A stretch of DNA of 63,926 nucleotides from Paraspadella gotoi (GCA_051294375.1 CM119268.1:1043218-1107143); one strand, 5' to 3'; counted from the stretch's first letter, positions 37,574-52,685 are shown. Program-made: numbers and translations. The notes: generated by a model from the letters alone, not told the origin.

Positions 37574-37736
37574 TTTCTGGAGAAAAAAAAAAGAAAAATC
37601 GATGATAAAGTTAAAGCGAAATCAACAGGAAGACTTTCGGCATTTTTTTTTGCGGCCTTCTACCTTCCTTTCGATCTTTTTTGAGGGGAAAAGAATTTCC
37701 ATCGAAAGATCACGATGGCGTCAGCTACGATCACCA
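37574..37736 (+). other. Candidate exon containing a start codon (MASATIT, phase 1)
   Basis: Long pyrimidine tract plus tcag acceptor at 37573, acgATGG at 37715, and a consensus donor GTGAGT at 37737. No homology recognisable. Confidence 0.35.
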
Positions 37737-40700
37737 GTGAGTACAGTCTTTTTTTTATAATAATAAAAATAATAATAATAATAAATAATAATAATATAAT
37801 AATAAACTTATATAAAAAATAAATAATAATAACAAAAATAATAATATAAAAATAAACCTATTTAAAATAATAATGATAATATTAATAGTAATAATAATGA
37901 CAATAATAATAATAATGATAAAAATAACTAAAAAAATAAATGTTATTAAAATAAGAAGAGTTTGGTGAATTACTCAGTTACCATCTAAAAAAAAAAAAAA
38001 ATAATTTTTTTTAAAAAACAAAATAATTTAGAGGTTCACCCTTTGGTGATGGCTCGCATATATCTGGATATTGGGATTAAAAAGCCGAAATCTTTAAAGG
38101 ATATAGGTTCCCAACTGAGGACCTCGAAAATTATTTTGATCATATATAAAAGTATTAAAAATAACTAATGAATGTATTATATTTAAAAAATAAGAATAAA
38201 AAATAAGACTATTAAATTTACTTTCTTAAAAAGCTTTCCCCGGTATGTATCCCTATCAGAACATACAATTCTACCTTGTAGTCTTAACCCTCAACAATTT
38301 TTCATAGAATAAAAAAAAAGATATTTATTGGTACTAAGATAGAAATAAAAGAGCAATCAAAGCAACAAACAAACAAACAAATAAACAAACTAATAAACAA
38401 AAAAATAAATAAACAAACGAACCCGTTGAAGAACTGGGACAGCCTCGCATGAGTTATACTTTTGAAATATTTTCCCNNNNNNNNNNNNNNNNNNNNNNNN
38501 NNNNNNNNNNNNNNNNNNNNNNNNNNNNNNNNNNNNNNNNNNNNNNNNNNNNNNNNNNNNNNNNNNNNNNNNNNNNNNNNNNNNNNNNNNNNNNNNNNNN
38601 NNNNNNNNNNNNNNNNNNNNNNNNNNNNNNNNNNNNNNNNNNNNNNNNNNNNNNNNNNNNNNNNNNNNNNNNNNNNNNNNNNNNNNNNNNNNNNNNNNNN
38701 NNNNNNNNNNNNNNNNNNNNNNNNNNNNNNNNNNNNNNNNNNNNNNNNNNNNNNNNNNNNNNNNNNNNNNNNNNNNNNNNNNNNNNNNNNNNNNNNNNNN
38801 NNNNNNNNNNNNNNNNNNNNNNNNNNNNNNNNNNNNNNNNNNNNNNNNNNNNNNNNNNNNNNNNNNNNNNNNNNNNNNNNNNNNNNNNNNNNNNNNNNNN
38901 NNNNNNNNNNNNNNNNNNNNNNNNNNNNNNNNNNNNNNNNNNNNNNNNNNNNNNNNNNNNNNNNNNNNNNNNNNNNNNNNNNNNNNNNNNNNNNNNNNNN
39001 NNNNNNNNNNNNNAGAGAGAGAGAGAGAGAGAGGAATCCACTGTGTTTGTCCTCCTGAAGGAATTCGAAGCCAAAAGCCGGAAATGGAAGTTTCCTTTTT
39101 TTTTTTCGAGTCGAAGTCTGGAAAGAGACGAGACTCCGTTGACGAAGGGTTGGAGGTGTTGAGCTTTATGTGGCGAGGGGGTTGGGAGAATTGGAGGAGG
39201 AAGGGGGGAGGTAGTCGGGATAAGAGCGTGAAGCTGTTTCACGACTGGTGAGAAAGAAGTGTGAAATTTTAAAGAATCACAGAAATGATCTTCGACTACT
39301 TGAGTCTGTCTGTCTGTCTGAGACAGACTGACTGACTGACTGACTGACTGACTGACTGACTGACTGACTGTCTATATGTCGTTTATTATTAGATATCACT
39401 CAATCTATTTCATTGACATTGGGACTTGGCAGTGACGTGACATTGGAACTCGGCAGTGACCAAAACTTGTGTCGTTGGATAATAAAGAGGTGTTTAATTG
39501 TTTATATTCATATCAAGAAATTTAAAAAAAGGAAAAAACATTAAAAAGCAAATAAAATAAAACAAAAATAAACGTAGAAAATAAATAAGTTAGGTAATCA
39601 AAGCATTGTTTTTTTTTATATGTACAACAAAACTTCGTTTGTTGTTAACACAAAGTTCACCAGAAATTTGGATACCCTAATGCGTTGGGGTGATATTCAA
39701 AAGAAATTCCCGGAGTGGCGAGAGACCCAAAGGTGTTGGGAGTGACGACCATCTGACTTCGAAAGGAGATTAATTCGCGCGTCAACGGTGACCCGAACCG
39801 GGTAGGGGTCGTCGTCGTCGTTGTAGNNNNNNNNNNCGTTGTTGTCGTCAGGGTCGTTGTCTTCGTTGTCTTTGTCCTCTTCGTTTTCGTCATCGCAACA
39901 GAGATATTCATCGTCGTCGTCGTCGTGGTAGTCTTCGTCATCGTCATCTGAAGCCCCATCGTTAGCAAAAGACTAGAGAGACAAAAGTAAAACAAAGTGA
40001 AACTTGTTGCGTCCACACAGTCATCATTACATAATACTTTCAAGATTCTTTGGGTGTTGACGACGACGACGACGACGACGATGGCGACGTCGAGATACAA
40101 AGACGAAGTCCAAGTTAAAGATGACGACGACGACGACGACGACGACGACGAAGACCAGATGCCAAGATTTCTCATCTGTTGAGCCGAAGAAAAAAAGATG
40201 CAAAACGAAGTCCAATTGTCGTTCATCTCTTTTTCCCTAAAAAGTTTCATTTCTTAAGATTCAATTTGTGGTTGGCGCCTCAACGCTTTCTCCCAGTCGC
40301 AGTCGCTTTGGGGACATGATGAGGCAGGTTGTCCTCTCTTTTTCTGTCCTCTCTTTTTCTGTCCTCTCTTTTTCTCCGTCATTAAATTATAAAAAAAAAT
40401 GATTAGTTTTAAATCCTCTTTTTTTAAATATAATAATATATAATAATATAAAACAGATGAAGGGTTCATAATGCACCGAACCGCAACAGCACCCATTGCC
40501 GTCCTCTGAAATACGGTGCTGCGACTCTCTGCTGCGACTCTCGGCTACTGCGATATCTACTCACTCAAATTTTTCATCCCTTACCCTTATTCTTACTCAA
40601 TTTCTTCATCCCTTACCTCGACTCTAAAACACCGCTGCCGCCAGTTTTAAATTCTTTCGGGACAAATCTATGAATAGAGTTTGTCTCCCCCCAACCGCTT

Positions 40701-41559
40701 AACTTACCACCGATCATCCTTACCCTCTTCTCCTTTCACCCTTAACGGCCCGAGGGAGAAACGAAGCGATATCTCTGCTTCGAGAAAAAAATCGATGACG
40801 ACGAGACCGACGACGAACGACGACACTGTAACATAACAAATACAACAAGGAACCTGACTGAGAGTAACGGGACTATTGACCCACGTTTGCCCATTGGCAA
40901 CGCCGCGTCTGATCGATGGACGCTGAAGAAGGGAGGAGAGGAGAGAGAGAGAGAGAAGAAAGAGGAGAGAGGAGGAGAGAGAGGAGAGAGAGAGGAGAGA
41001 GAGCAGAGAGAGAGAGAGAGAAGAAGAAGAAGAAGAGAAAAAAAAGCCGAGAGGAGTTACCGAGAAATAATTTATCTTTGTCTTTTACTACATTTCCAAG
41101 CGCAACATTTTCTGTTGCCAAGATTTAGCTGAAGTTGTCATCGATTCGTTTAGAGATTATGACAAAGTTTATCTTCGTCTCTTATTCATTATTCATTACT
41201 CTGACGAAAGAAATGGTTAATTTAATATCACATATTTTCCTATTTTCATATTTAACTCAATTTATTTATTTTTTCTCTTTCAACTTTTATTATTTTTCTT
41301 ATATTTGAATTTTTTCAATTTTTTTTAAATTGACAAGTGTCTTATCTCTTCCTCTCATTTCTCTAAAATCACCACTAATTTCTATTTTCTTTTCTTCCAA
41401 TTTCCTCCATCTGANNNNNNNNNNNNNNNNNNNNNNNNNGGTCCGAATTTTTATCAATTTTTTTTAAATTTGACAAGTGTTCTTATCTCTTCCTCTCATT
41501 TCTCTAAAATCACCACTTAATTTCTATTTTCTTTTTCCAATTTCCTTTCCTTCTCTCTC

Positions 41560-41617
<58 letters not shown>

Positions 41618-41736
41618 CTCCACTACTTTTGTTGGTTAGGCACTCTCGTCGGTCCATTATTTTTCTCCCAATTTGTTTTTAGCCCACAAAGGAGGATAAA
41701 CGGCAATAAAAAGGTAGTCGAGGAGAGCAGAGAAGA

Positions 41737-41776
<40 letters not shown>

Positions 41777-43536
41777 TGTGCCTACCGAAGTATGAAGACA
41801 ATTCCTCAATCTTCTGGCAAAATTCTGCCAAACGTAAAATGGATTCGCCTCCTTTTTTCATTTTCAGCAGAAGTCCATTCGTGAAATCGCGGTGGTAGGA
41901 GAAAGAGAGGCGGAGAGAAAAAGAGGTGAATGAAAAAAAGGAGGAAGTAAGATAGAAAAGAAAATGAACGTAAAAAGAAGAAAGGAGAATCAAAAATAGG
42001 AGAGAAGAAAGGAAAGAAAAGAAGGGTGAAGAAGAAAGAATAATAGAAAAGACAAGTAGGAGAAAAAAGAAAAAAAAAGAGAAGTGAGAAGTTAAAAAAA
42101 GAAAGAAAAATAGAAAGGACAAGTAGGAGAGAAAAGAAAAAAAAAGAGAAGTGAGAAGTTAAAAAAAAGAAAAATAGAAAGAACAAGTAGGAGAGAAAAG
42201 AAAAAAAAGAGAAGTGAGAAAATAAAAAAGAAAGAAAATTAGAAAGAACAAGTAGGATAGAAAAAAAAAGAGAAAAAGAGAAGTGAGAAGATAAAAAAAG
42301 AAAGAAAAATAGAAAGGGCAAGTAGGAGAGAAAATAAAAGAAAGTAGGAAAAAAGAAAAAAAAAGAAAAGAAAAAAAAATAAAGAAAAAAAAATAAAGAA
42401 AAAAAAATTAAGAAAAATAACCATGATTTTGTTTGTGATATTTGAACCTTTTGCCGGATTCGAGATTTTGACAAAATAACAAAAAGAATAACAAAAAGAA
42501 TAACAAAAAGAATAACAAAAAGGATAGCAAAATAATAAGGAAAAGGGTCAAGAAAGGGGAAAGAATAGAGAGAAAGATGGGACTGAGAAAAATAAACTAA
42601 AAAGGAAAAGACCAGAAACCGAGATCTCAATGGAGATTCGGCATTTGGCCAAGAGAACATAATAGCATTGGAAAATAAGAAAGAACTCTTAAGGGGGGGA
42701 AGCGATAAAAAAAACAAAACAAAAAAAAACAACAAAAAAACAAAAACAAACAAAAGGATATAGAAGAAAGAAAAAGAAAAAACGATGATGGGTTTTCGAG
42801 GAGATGAAAAGGAGGAAAACGGAGGAAAGGAAATGAGGAAACGCGATGGGAGGTGAAGTTACATGGAAGAATGGATAGAAAAAGGGAGGGAGGAAAGGAA
42901 AGAAGGAAAAAGGAAAAGAGAAAAGAAAAGAAAGAGGGAGGAAAGGAAAGAGAAAATGAGAGAGGAGAGAAAAGAGGGAGGAAAGGAAAGAAGGAAAAAG
43001 GAAAAGATAGAAGAGATGAAATAGGAAGGAAAGGAAAGAAGGAAAGAGAAAAAGAGGGAGGAAAGGAAAGAAAGAAAGAGGAAAAAAGAGAAGAGTGGAA
43101 AGAGGGAGAAAAGGAAAGAAGAGAAATGGATGTGGAAAAAAAAGTAGAAAAGGCAGGAAAAAATAAAAGAAAAAAAGGAAAAGATTAAAAGTAAAGGAAG
43201 TGCGACAATAAAAAAAAAGAAGAAATAATGAATAATAAAAAAAGATATTTGAAGAAAATATGTATTTTAAATAAAAAACAAGATCTTAGCCAATGCATTG
43301 GATTTTATGCAGCGGCGGTGCGGCACTCGACGGGATTAAAGCCGCAAATAGGCGCGATTTGTTTCACTAAATTCGGTGGGCGTGGCCGCATCAAGAGTTT
43401 GTTTCTTGCGTTGAATAAAAATAGGGTGAAACGTGGATTCTGGGATCAGAGAGTCTCCAATGTCTGGGATCAGAGAGTCCCCAATGTCCCTTATTCCCAG
43501 GAACTCCTCATTCGGCCAATGTCTCGTTTTAGCATA

Positions 43537-43592
<56 letters not shown>

Positions 43593-43593
43593 G

Positions 43594-43625
<32 letters not shown>

Positions 43626-43794
43626 CATCGCTTACTATTAATATTAAATCCACGACAATAGTTCACGTCCCTCATCGAAGTTTCCGTCGCCCGAAATCGG
43701 ATTTTCTCTTTGATTTGTTGACCTCATAAAAAATCATGGGATTTCCTTTATTCTTTCTCTTTTTTTTTTGAGAACCAAAGTTCGGTCCTCCCAC

Positions 43795-43851
<57 letters not shown>

Positions 43852-44282
43852 GAGAGAAAGAGAGAGAGATGAAGCCTTGGAGCCGACGTTCGGAAAACGA
43901 TTTGGAAAAATTGATGAGAAAATTTGGAGGAGTTTCTTCGGTGGGGGGTTGTTTTGATATTCGGCGAGTAAATATTGGATAGTCCCTTATTGGTATAAGC
44001 AATATAGACATAAAATGTTATAACAGTTGAAGAAAGAAAATAAAGCGCTAAAAATATCTCTCTCTCTCTCCCTATCTTTCTCTCTTTCTCTCCCTTTCTT
44101 AAAGAAACAGCTCGATTTTGATATCTGTGTCTTTTTCTTTGACAGTTTGTCAGCTTTGGATTCCTCTCGACACAGATCGTGGGCGTCTCTACGAGATGGT
44201 TACGAGATGAGAGAGAGAGAGAGAGAGAGAAAGAGAGATAAAGGGCATAACAATTTGCTATTGCGTTGACATTGCGAACACT

Positions 44283-45180
44283 CGACCTGAAGCACCTCCA
44301 CTCCTTACCGAAGCCCATACTCTCCCCCACTCGCTGCGCGCTCTGCCAAACACCTAACCCACCATGAGCGGTGAATATTGAGAGTAGTCAATTGGAGAGA
44401 GCGAGAAGAAGAGAGGAGAGAGAGAGCGAAGAGAGAGAGAGAGAGGAGAGAGAGAGACAAAGAGAGAGAGAGACTATCTGAACCCATTTAGATAGCGAGA
44501 GTCCAGGGTTCAAACCCAGAAGTCCCTTAAATTGAGAAGCTTTAAACCTATAAATTAGAAGCTTTAAACTTTCGATGAACTACAAAGAGTTTGCTTATTT
44601 GCTTAGGTCAATAATAATTCCACTTTCTTTAAATCAAGACAAGCAAGCGAAAAACCGGGCTCCGGAATATGTAAAAGCAATCTGTTTCTCACAATGATTC
44701 ACTGTGGTTCAGAAGCGCTAAGTGGGTCGAAGACAACTATCCTTATTGCGTGCCGCCGCGTCGGTTAGAAAGTCTGGGCTTGGAACCAGGCTTGAGGGTT
44801 TTCCCAAACCCCCAAGACGGTTTATCGGCCGTCCTCACGCTTCCCCCAGGGGAGGTACTTTTGGGGATCGATCTCGGTACAATTGGGGATCCGATCTCTC
44901 GGTACTTTTGGGTCTCATTGCCGGACGAACAAACTCTTGTTGTTGTTGTTGTTGTTCATCCTATTTTTTCGTTGTTGTTAATAAAGAGCCAGAGTTAAGG
45001 CTGCTCGACCGCTGGAGGAGCCTCCTTCCAGACGCCCTCCCCTCCAAAGGTCAAAGTGTTCAAAAGGGCTGACTTTTTCTCGATCGACCACCCTCCACTT
45101 CCTTACCGAGCCCATACTCTCCCCACCCGCACCTCGCCAAACACCACCCACCATGAGCGGAATATGAGGAGAGTCAATGG

Positions 45181-45262
<82 letters not shown>

Positions 45263-46977
45263 CATTAAGAGTGGGGGGCAGGGGGCGTGTGATGACAGGA
45301 ACGGGAAGGGAAAACCAATTTCATTATCGCGGCGAGAAAGAAATATTTTCGTAGAGATGTATAATGACTTTCCGCGTGTGCAATTGCCTTTANNNNNNNN
45401 NNNNNNNNNNNNNNNNNNNNNNNNNNNNNNNNNNNNNNNNNNNNNNNNNNNNNNNNNNNNNNNNNNNNNNNNNNNNNNNNNNNNNNNNNNNNNNNNNNNN
45501 NNNNNNNNNNNNNNNNNNNNNNNNNNNNNNNNNNNNNNNNNNNNNNNNNNNNNNNNNNNNNNNNNNNNNNNNNNNNNNNNNNNNNNNNNNNNNNNNNNNN
45601 NNNNNNNNNNNNNNNNNNNNNNNNNNNNNNNNNNNNNNNNNNNNNNNNNNNNNNNNNNNNNNNNNNNNNNNNNNNNNNNNNNNNNNNNNNNNNNNNNNNN
45701 NNNNNNNNNNNNNNNNNNNNNNNNNNNNNNNNNNNNNNNNNNNNNNNNNNNNNNNNNNNNNNNNNNNNNNNNNNNNNNNNNNNNNNNNNNNNNNNNNNNN
45801 NNNNNNNNNNNNNNNNNNNNNNNNNNNNNNNNNNNNNNNNNNNNNNNNNNNNNNNNNNNNNNNNNNNNNNNNNNNNNNNNNNNNNNNNNNNNNNNNNNNN
45901 NNNNNNNNNNNNNNNNNNNNNNNNNNNNNNNNNNNNNNNNNNNNNNNNNNNNNNNNNNNNNNNNNNNNNNNNNNNNNNNNNNNNNNNNNNNNNNNNNNNN
46001 NNNNNNNNNNNNNNNNNNNNNNNNNNNNNNNNNNNNNNNNNNNNNNNNNNNNNNNNNNNNNNNNNNNNNNNNNNNNNNNNNNNNNNNNNNNNNNNNNNNN
46101 NNNNNNNNNNNNNNNNNNNNNNNNNNNNNNNNNNNNNNNNNNNNNNNNNNNNNNNNNNNNNNNNNNNNNNNNNNNNNNNNNNNNNNNNNNNNNNNNNNNN
46201 NNNNNNNNNNNNNNNNNNNNNNNNNNNNNNNNNNNNNNNNNNNNNNNNNNNNNNNNNNNNNNNNNNNNNNNNNNNNNNNNNNNNNNNNNNNNNNNNNNNN
46301 NNNNNNNNNNNNNNNNNNNNNNNNNNNNNNNNNNNNNNNNNNNNNNNNNNNNNNNNNNNNNNNNNNNNNNNNNNNNNNNNNNNNGATCGAGAAAAAGGTC
46401 AGCCCTTTGAACACTTTGACCTTTGGAGAGGGAGGGCGTCTGGAAGGAGCTCCTCCAGCGGTCGAGAGCCTTAACTCTGGCTCTTTATTAACAACAACGA
46501 AAAATAGGATGACAACAACAACAACAAGAGTTTGTCGTCGGCATGAGACCCAAAAGTACCGAGATCGATCCCCAATTGTACCGAGATCGATCCCCAAAAG
46601 TACCTCCCCTGGGGGAAGCGTGAGGACGGCCGTAAACCGTCTTGGGGGTTTGGAAAACCCTCAAGCCTGGTTCCAAGCCCAGGACTTTCTACCGAGGCGG
46701 CACATAAGATAGTTGTCTTCGACCCACTTAGCGCCTGAACCACAAGTGAATCATTGTGAGAAACAGATTGCTTTACATATTCCGGAGCCCGGTTTTTCGC
46801 TTGCTTGTCTTTGATTAAAGAAAGTGGAATTATTATTGACCTAAGCAAATAAGCAACTCTTTGTAGTTCATCGAAAGGTTTAAAGCTTCTAATTTAAGGT
46901 TTAAAGCTTCTAATTTAAGGGACTCTGGGTTCGAACCCTGGACTCTCGTATCTAAATGGGTTCAGATAGTCTCTCTC

Positions 46978-47018
<41 letters not shown>

Positions 47019-49197
47019 AATTTCTTTAAAGTCTTTCTGTTTTCGACAGCGGACGCCATCTCGCGTCGAGTCAAAAGTTCACGACAAAAAAGGAACAAAC
47101 GTTTTGTCGCTTGCTTGCTTGCTTGCTTGCTTNNNNNNNNNNNNNNNNNNNNNNNNNTCTTTCTTTTTTCTTCTTTTTTCTTTATTTTGCTTTCTTTCTT
47201 TCTTCTTTCCTTTCTTTCTTCTTTCTCTCTTTCTTCTTTCTTTAACCATGATAACATTCAAATTGAAAAAGTGAGTTTCCCTTCCACGCTATAATGTTGA
47301 CGTCGAGAGAAAGAGACGAGAGAGAGAGACAGATGAGAGAGAGAGATAATCAACAGGTCGTCGAGCAGGAGGAGAGAGAAGGATAGGACTTCCTTCTCAA
47401 TGTGAAACACAAGTGACGCTCATTGTGAATTCACATCTCGAAATGGAGATGAGGTCATGGAGCGAGGACGACTGAGCCAGAACTTAGGATAGTAGGGTTG
47501 TGGATAACAGGCGCTCACTTCATACTGCCAACTTGCTCCATGGATCGAGTTTTCGGCCGTCCTCAGGCTTCCCGCAGGGCAGTTACAGGTTGCGGATGAA
47601 CCCGGTTAACCAGTGTCATCGAGGCAAATGCTTTACTCAATGAGCCACAGGGTCACGACCTGAACGTTAGAGTGGAGCACTCAACGAACAAAAAATTTAT
47701 GTTGAATGATCGAACAATGATATTTTAGATTGAGAAGTATGATTAACTAGTACAAAAAATATTTTGTTCATATTATCTCGGAAACAGAATAGAAAATAAT
47801 ATATTTGCTAGTAATATCCTTATAAAATAGTAATTTTAAAAAATTTATAAAACTTTTTATTAAAGAATCAGATTCTCCTCATAAAAAGTTGAATCAAAAA
47901 TATTAAAAAATGTTACTTCCAAATTTTTTCACGTTCAATGTTTAAAATAAGAAAAAAGGTGAAATTTCCTTGACTTTTTTATTCTCTGTAATAGAAACTT
48001 ATCAGTATGTTAAAACGTTAGTATTTTGTGGATCTAACATCTTAAAATATCAGTCATAACATATTTTTATAAAAGTTTCGTAGCTTTTTTACAGCGAATC
48101 CAAATCAAGTTCTTAAAAATAAACAAAAAAATTTATTTTGAAATTTGACGATTTTAAAGGATATACTACATAAATAATTCTGAATTTTGCCTTTATACCT
48201 GTATGGCTAAAAATTTTTTAAAGCGATTTAAAAATTCATTAATTATATGTCCATAGCGGCAAAAAAATAATGTCAAGCACTCAGATCTTTCATCACTCCA
48301 CCTACTCCGAACGTGTTCATGCTTAAGCGGGGTGAACTTACGCTAACGCCCGGAGCAGGGGAGAACGGATGATGATATAATCGATGACTACAAAGTCGAA
48401 GATGCTAACAAAAATGGCTAATCCCACGACGACGACGACGCACAGACACGATCACGAAAAGGCAGGAGACAAAGAGAATCAATTACAGATATAAAAATAA
48501 AGTGAGAGAGGCTATCCTAATGGCCTCTCTCTCTCTCTCTCATCTGCTCATCCTCATCTCATCTCTCTCTCATAGGTGAGCCATAAATGCGTTTCCGCCC
48601 GCTGATTTGAGTCACGTGACGCACTTGTATCATGTTATGTATGTTAATCGGTCAAGTTATCACTTAAAACTTTAACCGTCTGTGGAATTTTTTCTTCCCA
48701 CTAATTTTTTAGCCGAAAAGAAATAAAAATATCATTGACGATTTGTTTTGTTTTATAGTTTTTCTTTCTTTTTGTTATTTGTGTTTTTAGTGTTTTTTTT
48801 CTCTTTGTTTTTTTTTTTCTTTAGTTTCACGAAGAATCAGCGACCATTCACCGTCGGAGCCGCAGGCCAGTGCTGCCCATTTCCTTTCTATGTTGAAAAG
48901 AAAAAAATATAACAAGAACGGAGAAATATAAATATATAAATAAATAACGAAAGAAAGAAAGAAAGAAAAGGAGAGAAAAAGAAGAAAGAAAGAAAGAAAG
49001 AAAGACGAGAAGAACAGAAGCATAAGAAAGAAAGAAAGAAAGAAGAAAGAAGAGAGAGAGATGATAGAGGTATGCACACAGCGAAAGTCCATTTATACAT
49101 CTCACGAAAATATTTTCTGCCGCCGGATAAATGAAATATGGTTTTCCTCTTACCTTCCATGTACATCCACACGCCAGGCCGCCCCCCACTCTTAATG

Positions 49198-49232
<35 letters not shown>

Positions 49233-49947
49233 CTCTCCCATTGACTCTCCTCATATTCCGCTCATGGTGGGTGGTGTTTGGCGAGGGCGGGTGGGGAGAG
49301 TATGGGCTGGTAAGGAGTGGAGGTGGTCGATCGAGAAAAAGGTCACCCTGAACACTTTGACCTTTTGGAGAGGAGGGCGTCTGGAAGGAGCTCCTCCAGC
49401 GGCTCGAAGCCTTAACTCTGGCTGCTTTATTAACAACACACGAAAAATAGGATGACAAACCACAACAACAACAAGAGTTGTCGTCGTCGGCATGAGACCA
49501 AAAGTACCCGAGATCGATCCCCAATCTGTACCGAGATCGATCCCCAAAAGTATCCTCCCCTGGGGGAACGTGAGGACGGCCTAAAACCGTCTTGGGGGTT
49601 TGGAAAACCTCAAGCCTGGTTCCAAGCCCCAGGACTTCTAACCGAGCGGCACGTAAGATTATTGTCTTCACCCCACTTAGCCGCTATGAACCACAACTGT
49701 GAATCACTTTGAGAGAAACAGATTGCCTTTACATATTCCCGAGCCCGGTTTTTCCGCTTGCTTGTCTTGATTAAAGAAAGTGGAATTATTAATTGAACCT
49801 TACACGCAAATAAGCAAACTCTTTGTAGTTCATCGAAACGTTTAAAGCTTTCTAATTTAAGGTTTAAAGCTTTCTAATTTAAGGGACTTCTGGGTTCGAA
49901 CCCTGGACTCTCGTATCTAAATGGGCAGTAGTCTCTCTCTCTCTCAT

Positions 49948-49990
<43 letters not shown>

Positions 49991-50110
49991 AATTCTTTAA
50001 AGTCTTTCTGTTTTCGACAGCGGACGCCATCTCGCGTCGAGTCAAAAGCTTCACGACAAAAAAGGAACAAACGTTTTGTCGCTTGCTTGCTTGCTTGCTT
50101 GCTTGCTGCT
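44283..50110. repeat. Three noisy copies of a ~0.9-kb block: 44470-45390 (+), 46385-47130 (-), 49070-50110 (-)
   Basis: Shared text such as ggaaggagctcctccagcgg, gagatcgatcccca and aaagaaagtggaattatt. The first two copies are inverted across a ~1-kb gap. 44283-44400 also re-copies 45083-45185. Confidence 0.85.
47550..47655 (-). mobile_element. SINE family C, 5' head copy
   Basis: Reverse complement reads gaccctgtggctcattgagtaaagc..ccgggttcatccgcaacctgtaactgccctgcgggaagcctgaggacggccg, matching 28983-29082. Confidence 0.65.
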
Positions 50111-50509
50111 TCTTTCTTTTTTCTTCTTTTTTTTTTTTCTTATTTTTTTATTTTTTTTTCTTTCTTTCTTTCTATATTTCTTTCTTTTCTTTCTTTCATT
50201 TCTTAATTCACATCCCTCTCTCAGATTGAAAAAAACCCATGAATCAACGTTAATTACCTTTAGAACCTTCGAAGTCTCGTCGGACTCCGGGCCAATTCTC
50301 TTCATTCTACTCATTTTATTCATTTTTTCCCTCTATGTTAAAAAGTTTATAATATTTCTTATCTGAATTGAACCCTGACCTTTTGTTTTTTAAATGACTC
50401 CATTAACTCCGATTATAGATTCTAATTGGTTGAATTTTATGCATTGAATTTGAATATCTGGTCTCTCTTTATTTAATAAAAACTTGCAGATGTTTTACTC
50501 AGATCATTC

Positions 50510-50810
50510 TGCTAATTTTACTAATTTTACTCATTTTACTCATTTTACTCATTTTACTAATTATACTCTTTTTTACTCATTCTACCCATTTTACTCATTC
50601 TATTCATTTTACTCTTTCTATTCATTTTACTCATTCTTCTCTTTTTACTCATTCTACTTATTTGCTTATTTACTCATTCTTCTATCTTTACTCATTTTAC
50701 TCAATCTACTCATTTTATACTCATTTTACTCATTCTACTCATTTTACTCGTTCTACTAATTTTAATCATTTTATTCAAATTACTCATTTTACTCATTTTA
50801 CTCATTTTTC
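50510..50810 (+). repeat. 9-bp tandem repeat (TTTACTCAT)n
   Basis: About 30 degenerate units. Confidence 0.8.
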
Positions 50811-51957
50811 CTTGTATTTTTTTAAAAGTCTTTCACTTCATATTATCTCAATACATTTTCTTTTTTTTTTTTAATATTTAATTCATTTTTTTTCTCTCAC
50901 CTTTTCCCCCCAATTTCCCTTTCATTCTCTATGACCTCAAACATCTGCTCACCGCCTTTTTCCTTTCACACAAATCTTTCACCCAGCACAATTTCTTACA
51001 TTCATTTTACAATAGTGGGAATTTTTTATTCTTTTTCTTAATTTCTTCGTCAGCTAAAGGCGCCAGTTCATCTCGGCAAAAACGGTCAGCCTCGGGATCG
51101 ATCCTTAACTTATCGAGTTTTGGAAATGCGTGTCAGCGTGTGAGCGTGTCAGCGTGTCAGCGCGGGGGCCGGCCATTGAGGGACCCAAAGGAGAGGGCGT
51201 GATCTTCCGGGTTTACTCGGAGCCAGGGCTAATGGCTTTAACAATTTTCAAAATTATTATCTAGGAAAAATTATATCACATAATTATTGAAAAGTTAATT
51301 TCTTCAATAAAAAAAAATATAAAATATGGGTAGAATATTTTCAATATTTGGGGTTCCCTCCCTGAGCATTCATCTGGGCATGACCTCGTACAGTGAAGTG
51401 AGGTCTGACGGTAAATTGTTCAGCCCCGCTACTGATGTTAAACATTTTCCTCTCATTTCTTAAAGCTAAAAGAGTACTTTTATGGATCAAAAAAAGGTGC
51501 AATGCTTATAGCATAACGAAGTTAAAAAAAAAAATAACTAATTCAATTCTAAATAAAAACAAATAACTAAATACTAAAAATGGTAGAAAACTAAATATGA
51601 TTTTTTTTGGCATTTTCATTTGAGGTAGCAATCTTTTTGTGCCTGTAACTTCAAAACAATTTAAGCTACGAAAAAATGGAAGAAAGCTACTGAAAGGAAA
51701 TTCATTGTAGATTTGGAAACATTCTTTTGAGTAGATATCCTCTACAAAAAATGTGATATACTTTTTTTCTAGATGGTATAGTATAGCGGACTTACTGCAG
51801 CTAGTTAGTTCTTCTCTTTCAGTTATTTTTCCCAACTCTTTTCCTCTCCTCACTTTTTTTAATCCTTCAATCAAAGCTTCTGCGGAGACGGATGCCAAAT
51901 TCCACACATATGCTCGATTTATCTCTCTCTCTCTCTCTCTCCTCTCTCCTCTCTCTC

Positions 51958-52006
<49 letters not shown>

Positions 52007-52144
52007 GCTCCTTCCGTGCCTCTGAGAGTTAGTTCGAAAAATTTAATGAGCAAAAAATGAACATAAACCAAATTTTTGTTTGTGTGTGTGTTTTGGGGCG
52101 GTGTTGATTTTGAAAAATAAATTGAACCAGTAGGAGTGAGAGAG

Positions 52145-52183
<39 letters not shown>

Positions 52184-52184
52184 T

Positions 52185-52217
<33 letters not shown>

Positions 52218-52610
52218 CAGAGCCCAGAGATTTTAATAGCTTACCCGATGGAAAACTGAATTTTTGTGACTATCCGATTTATTTTGGAAAAACAAATATT
52301 CATCGGCTTTCCATTTGGAAACGAAAAAGTCGCGAAAATTTTTGTCAAGAAAACAAAACAAATTTGAGCCAAAATTTCGGCATCTGCCTCCTGAAAATAT
52401 AAGCGGTATTAGCTAATACAGATGATAATTATTTCAATTTGTGACCCTAACTAATCATAACAGATCGTACCTTCCATACAAACGTGTGTTACTTCATGAT
52501 TCGAGTGACTGCGTGTGATACCCGCGAGCGCTAAAATAATAATAAATTAAATAATAATATATAATAAATATAATAATAAATAATAATTAATAAAATAATA
52601 ATAATAATAA

Positions 52611-52647
<37 letters not shown>

Positions 52648-52685
52648 TAATAATAATATAATAATAATAATAATAATAATAGTAA

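Noticed and set aside
28039-46712. Long ORFs (200-540 aa) in the track
   Set aside because: They run through N gaps or (GA)n/(CT)n and poly-purine tracts and are not real coding sequence.
46925-46945. GGGTTCGAACCC B-box-like palindrome (also 44505, 49891)
   Set aside because: No tRNA cloverleaf or A-box around it. It lies within the triplicated block and is at most a SINE remnant.
47548-47570. CUGAGGA-CGGCC-GAAA hammerhead-like core in a SINE copy (minus strand)
   Set aside because: No stems I/III are evident, and other family copies read GTGA..GGCCGTAAA, so the catalytic core is not conserved.
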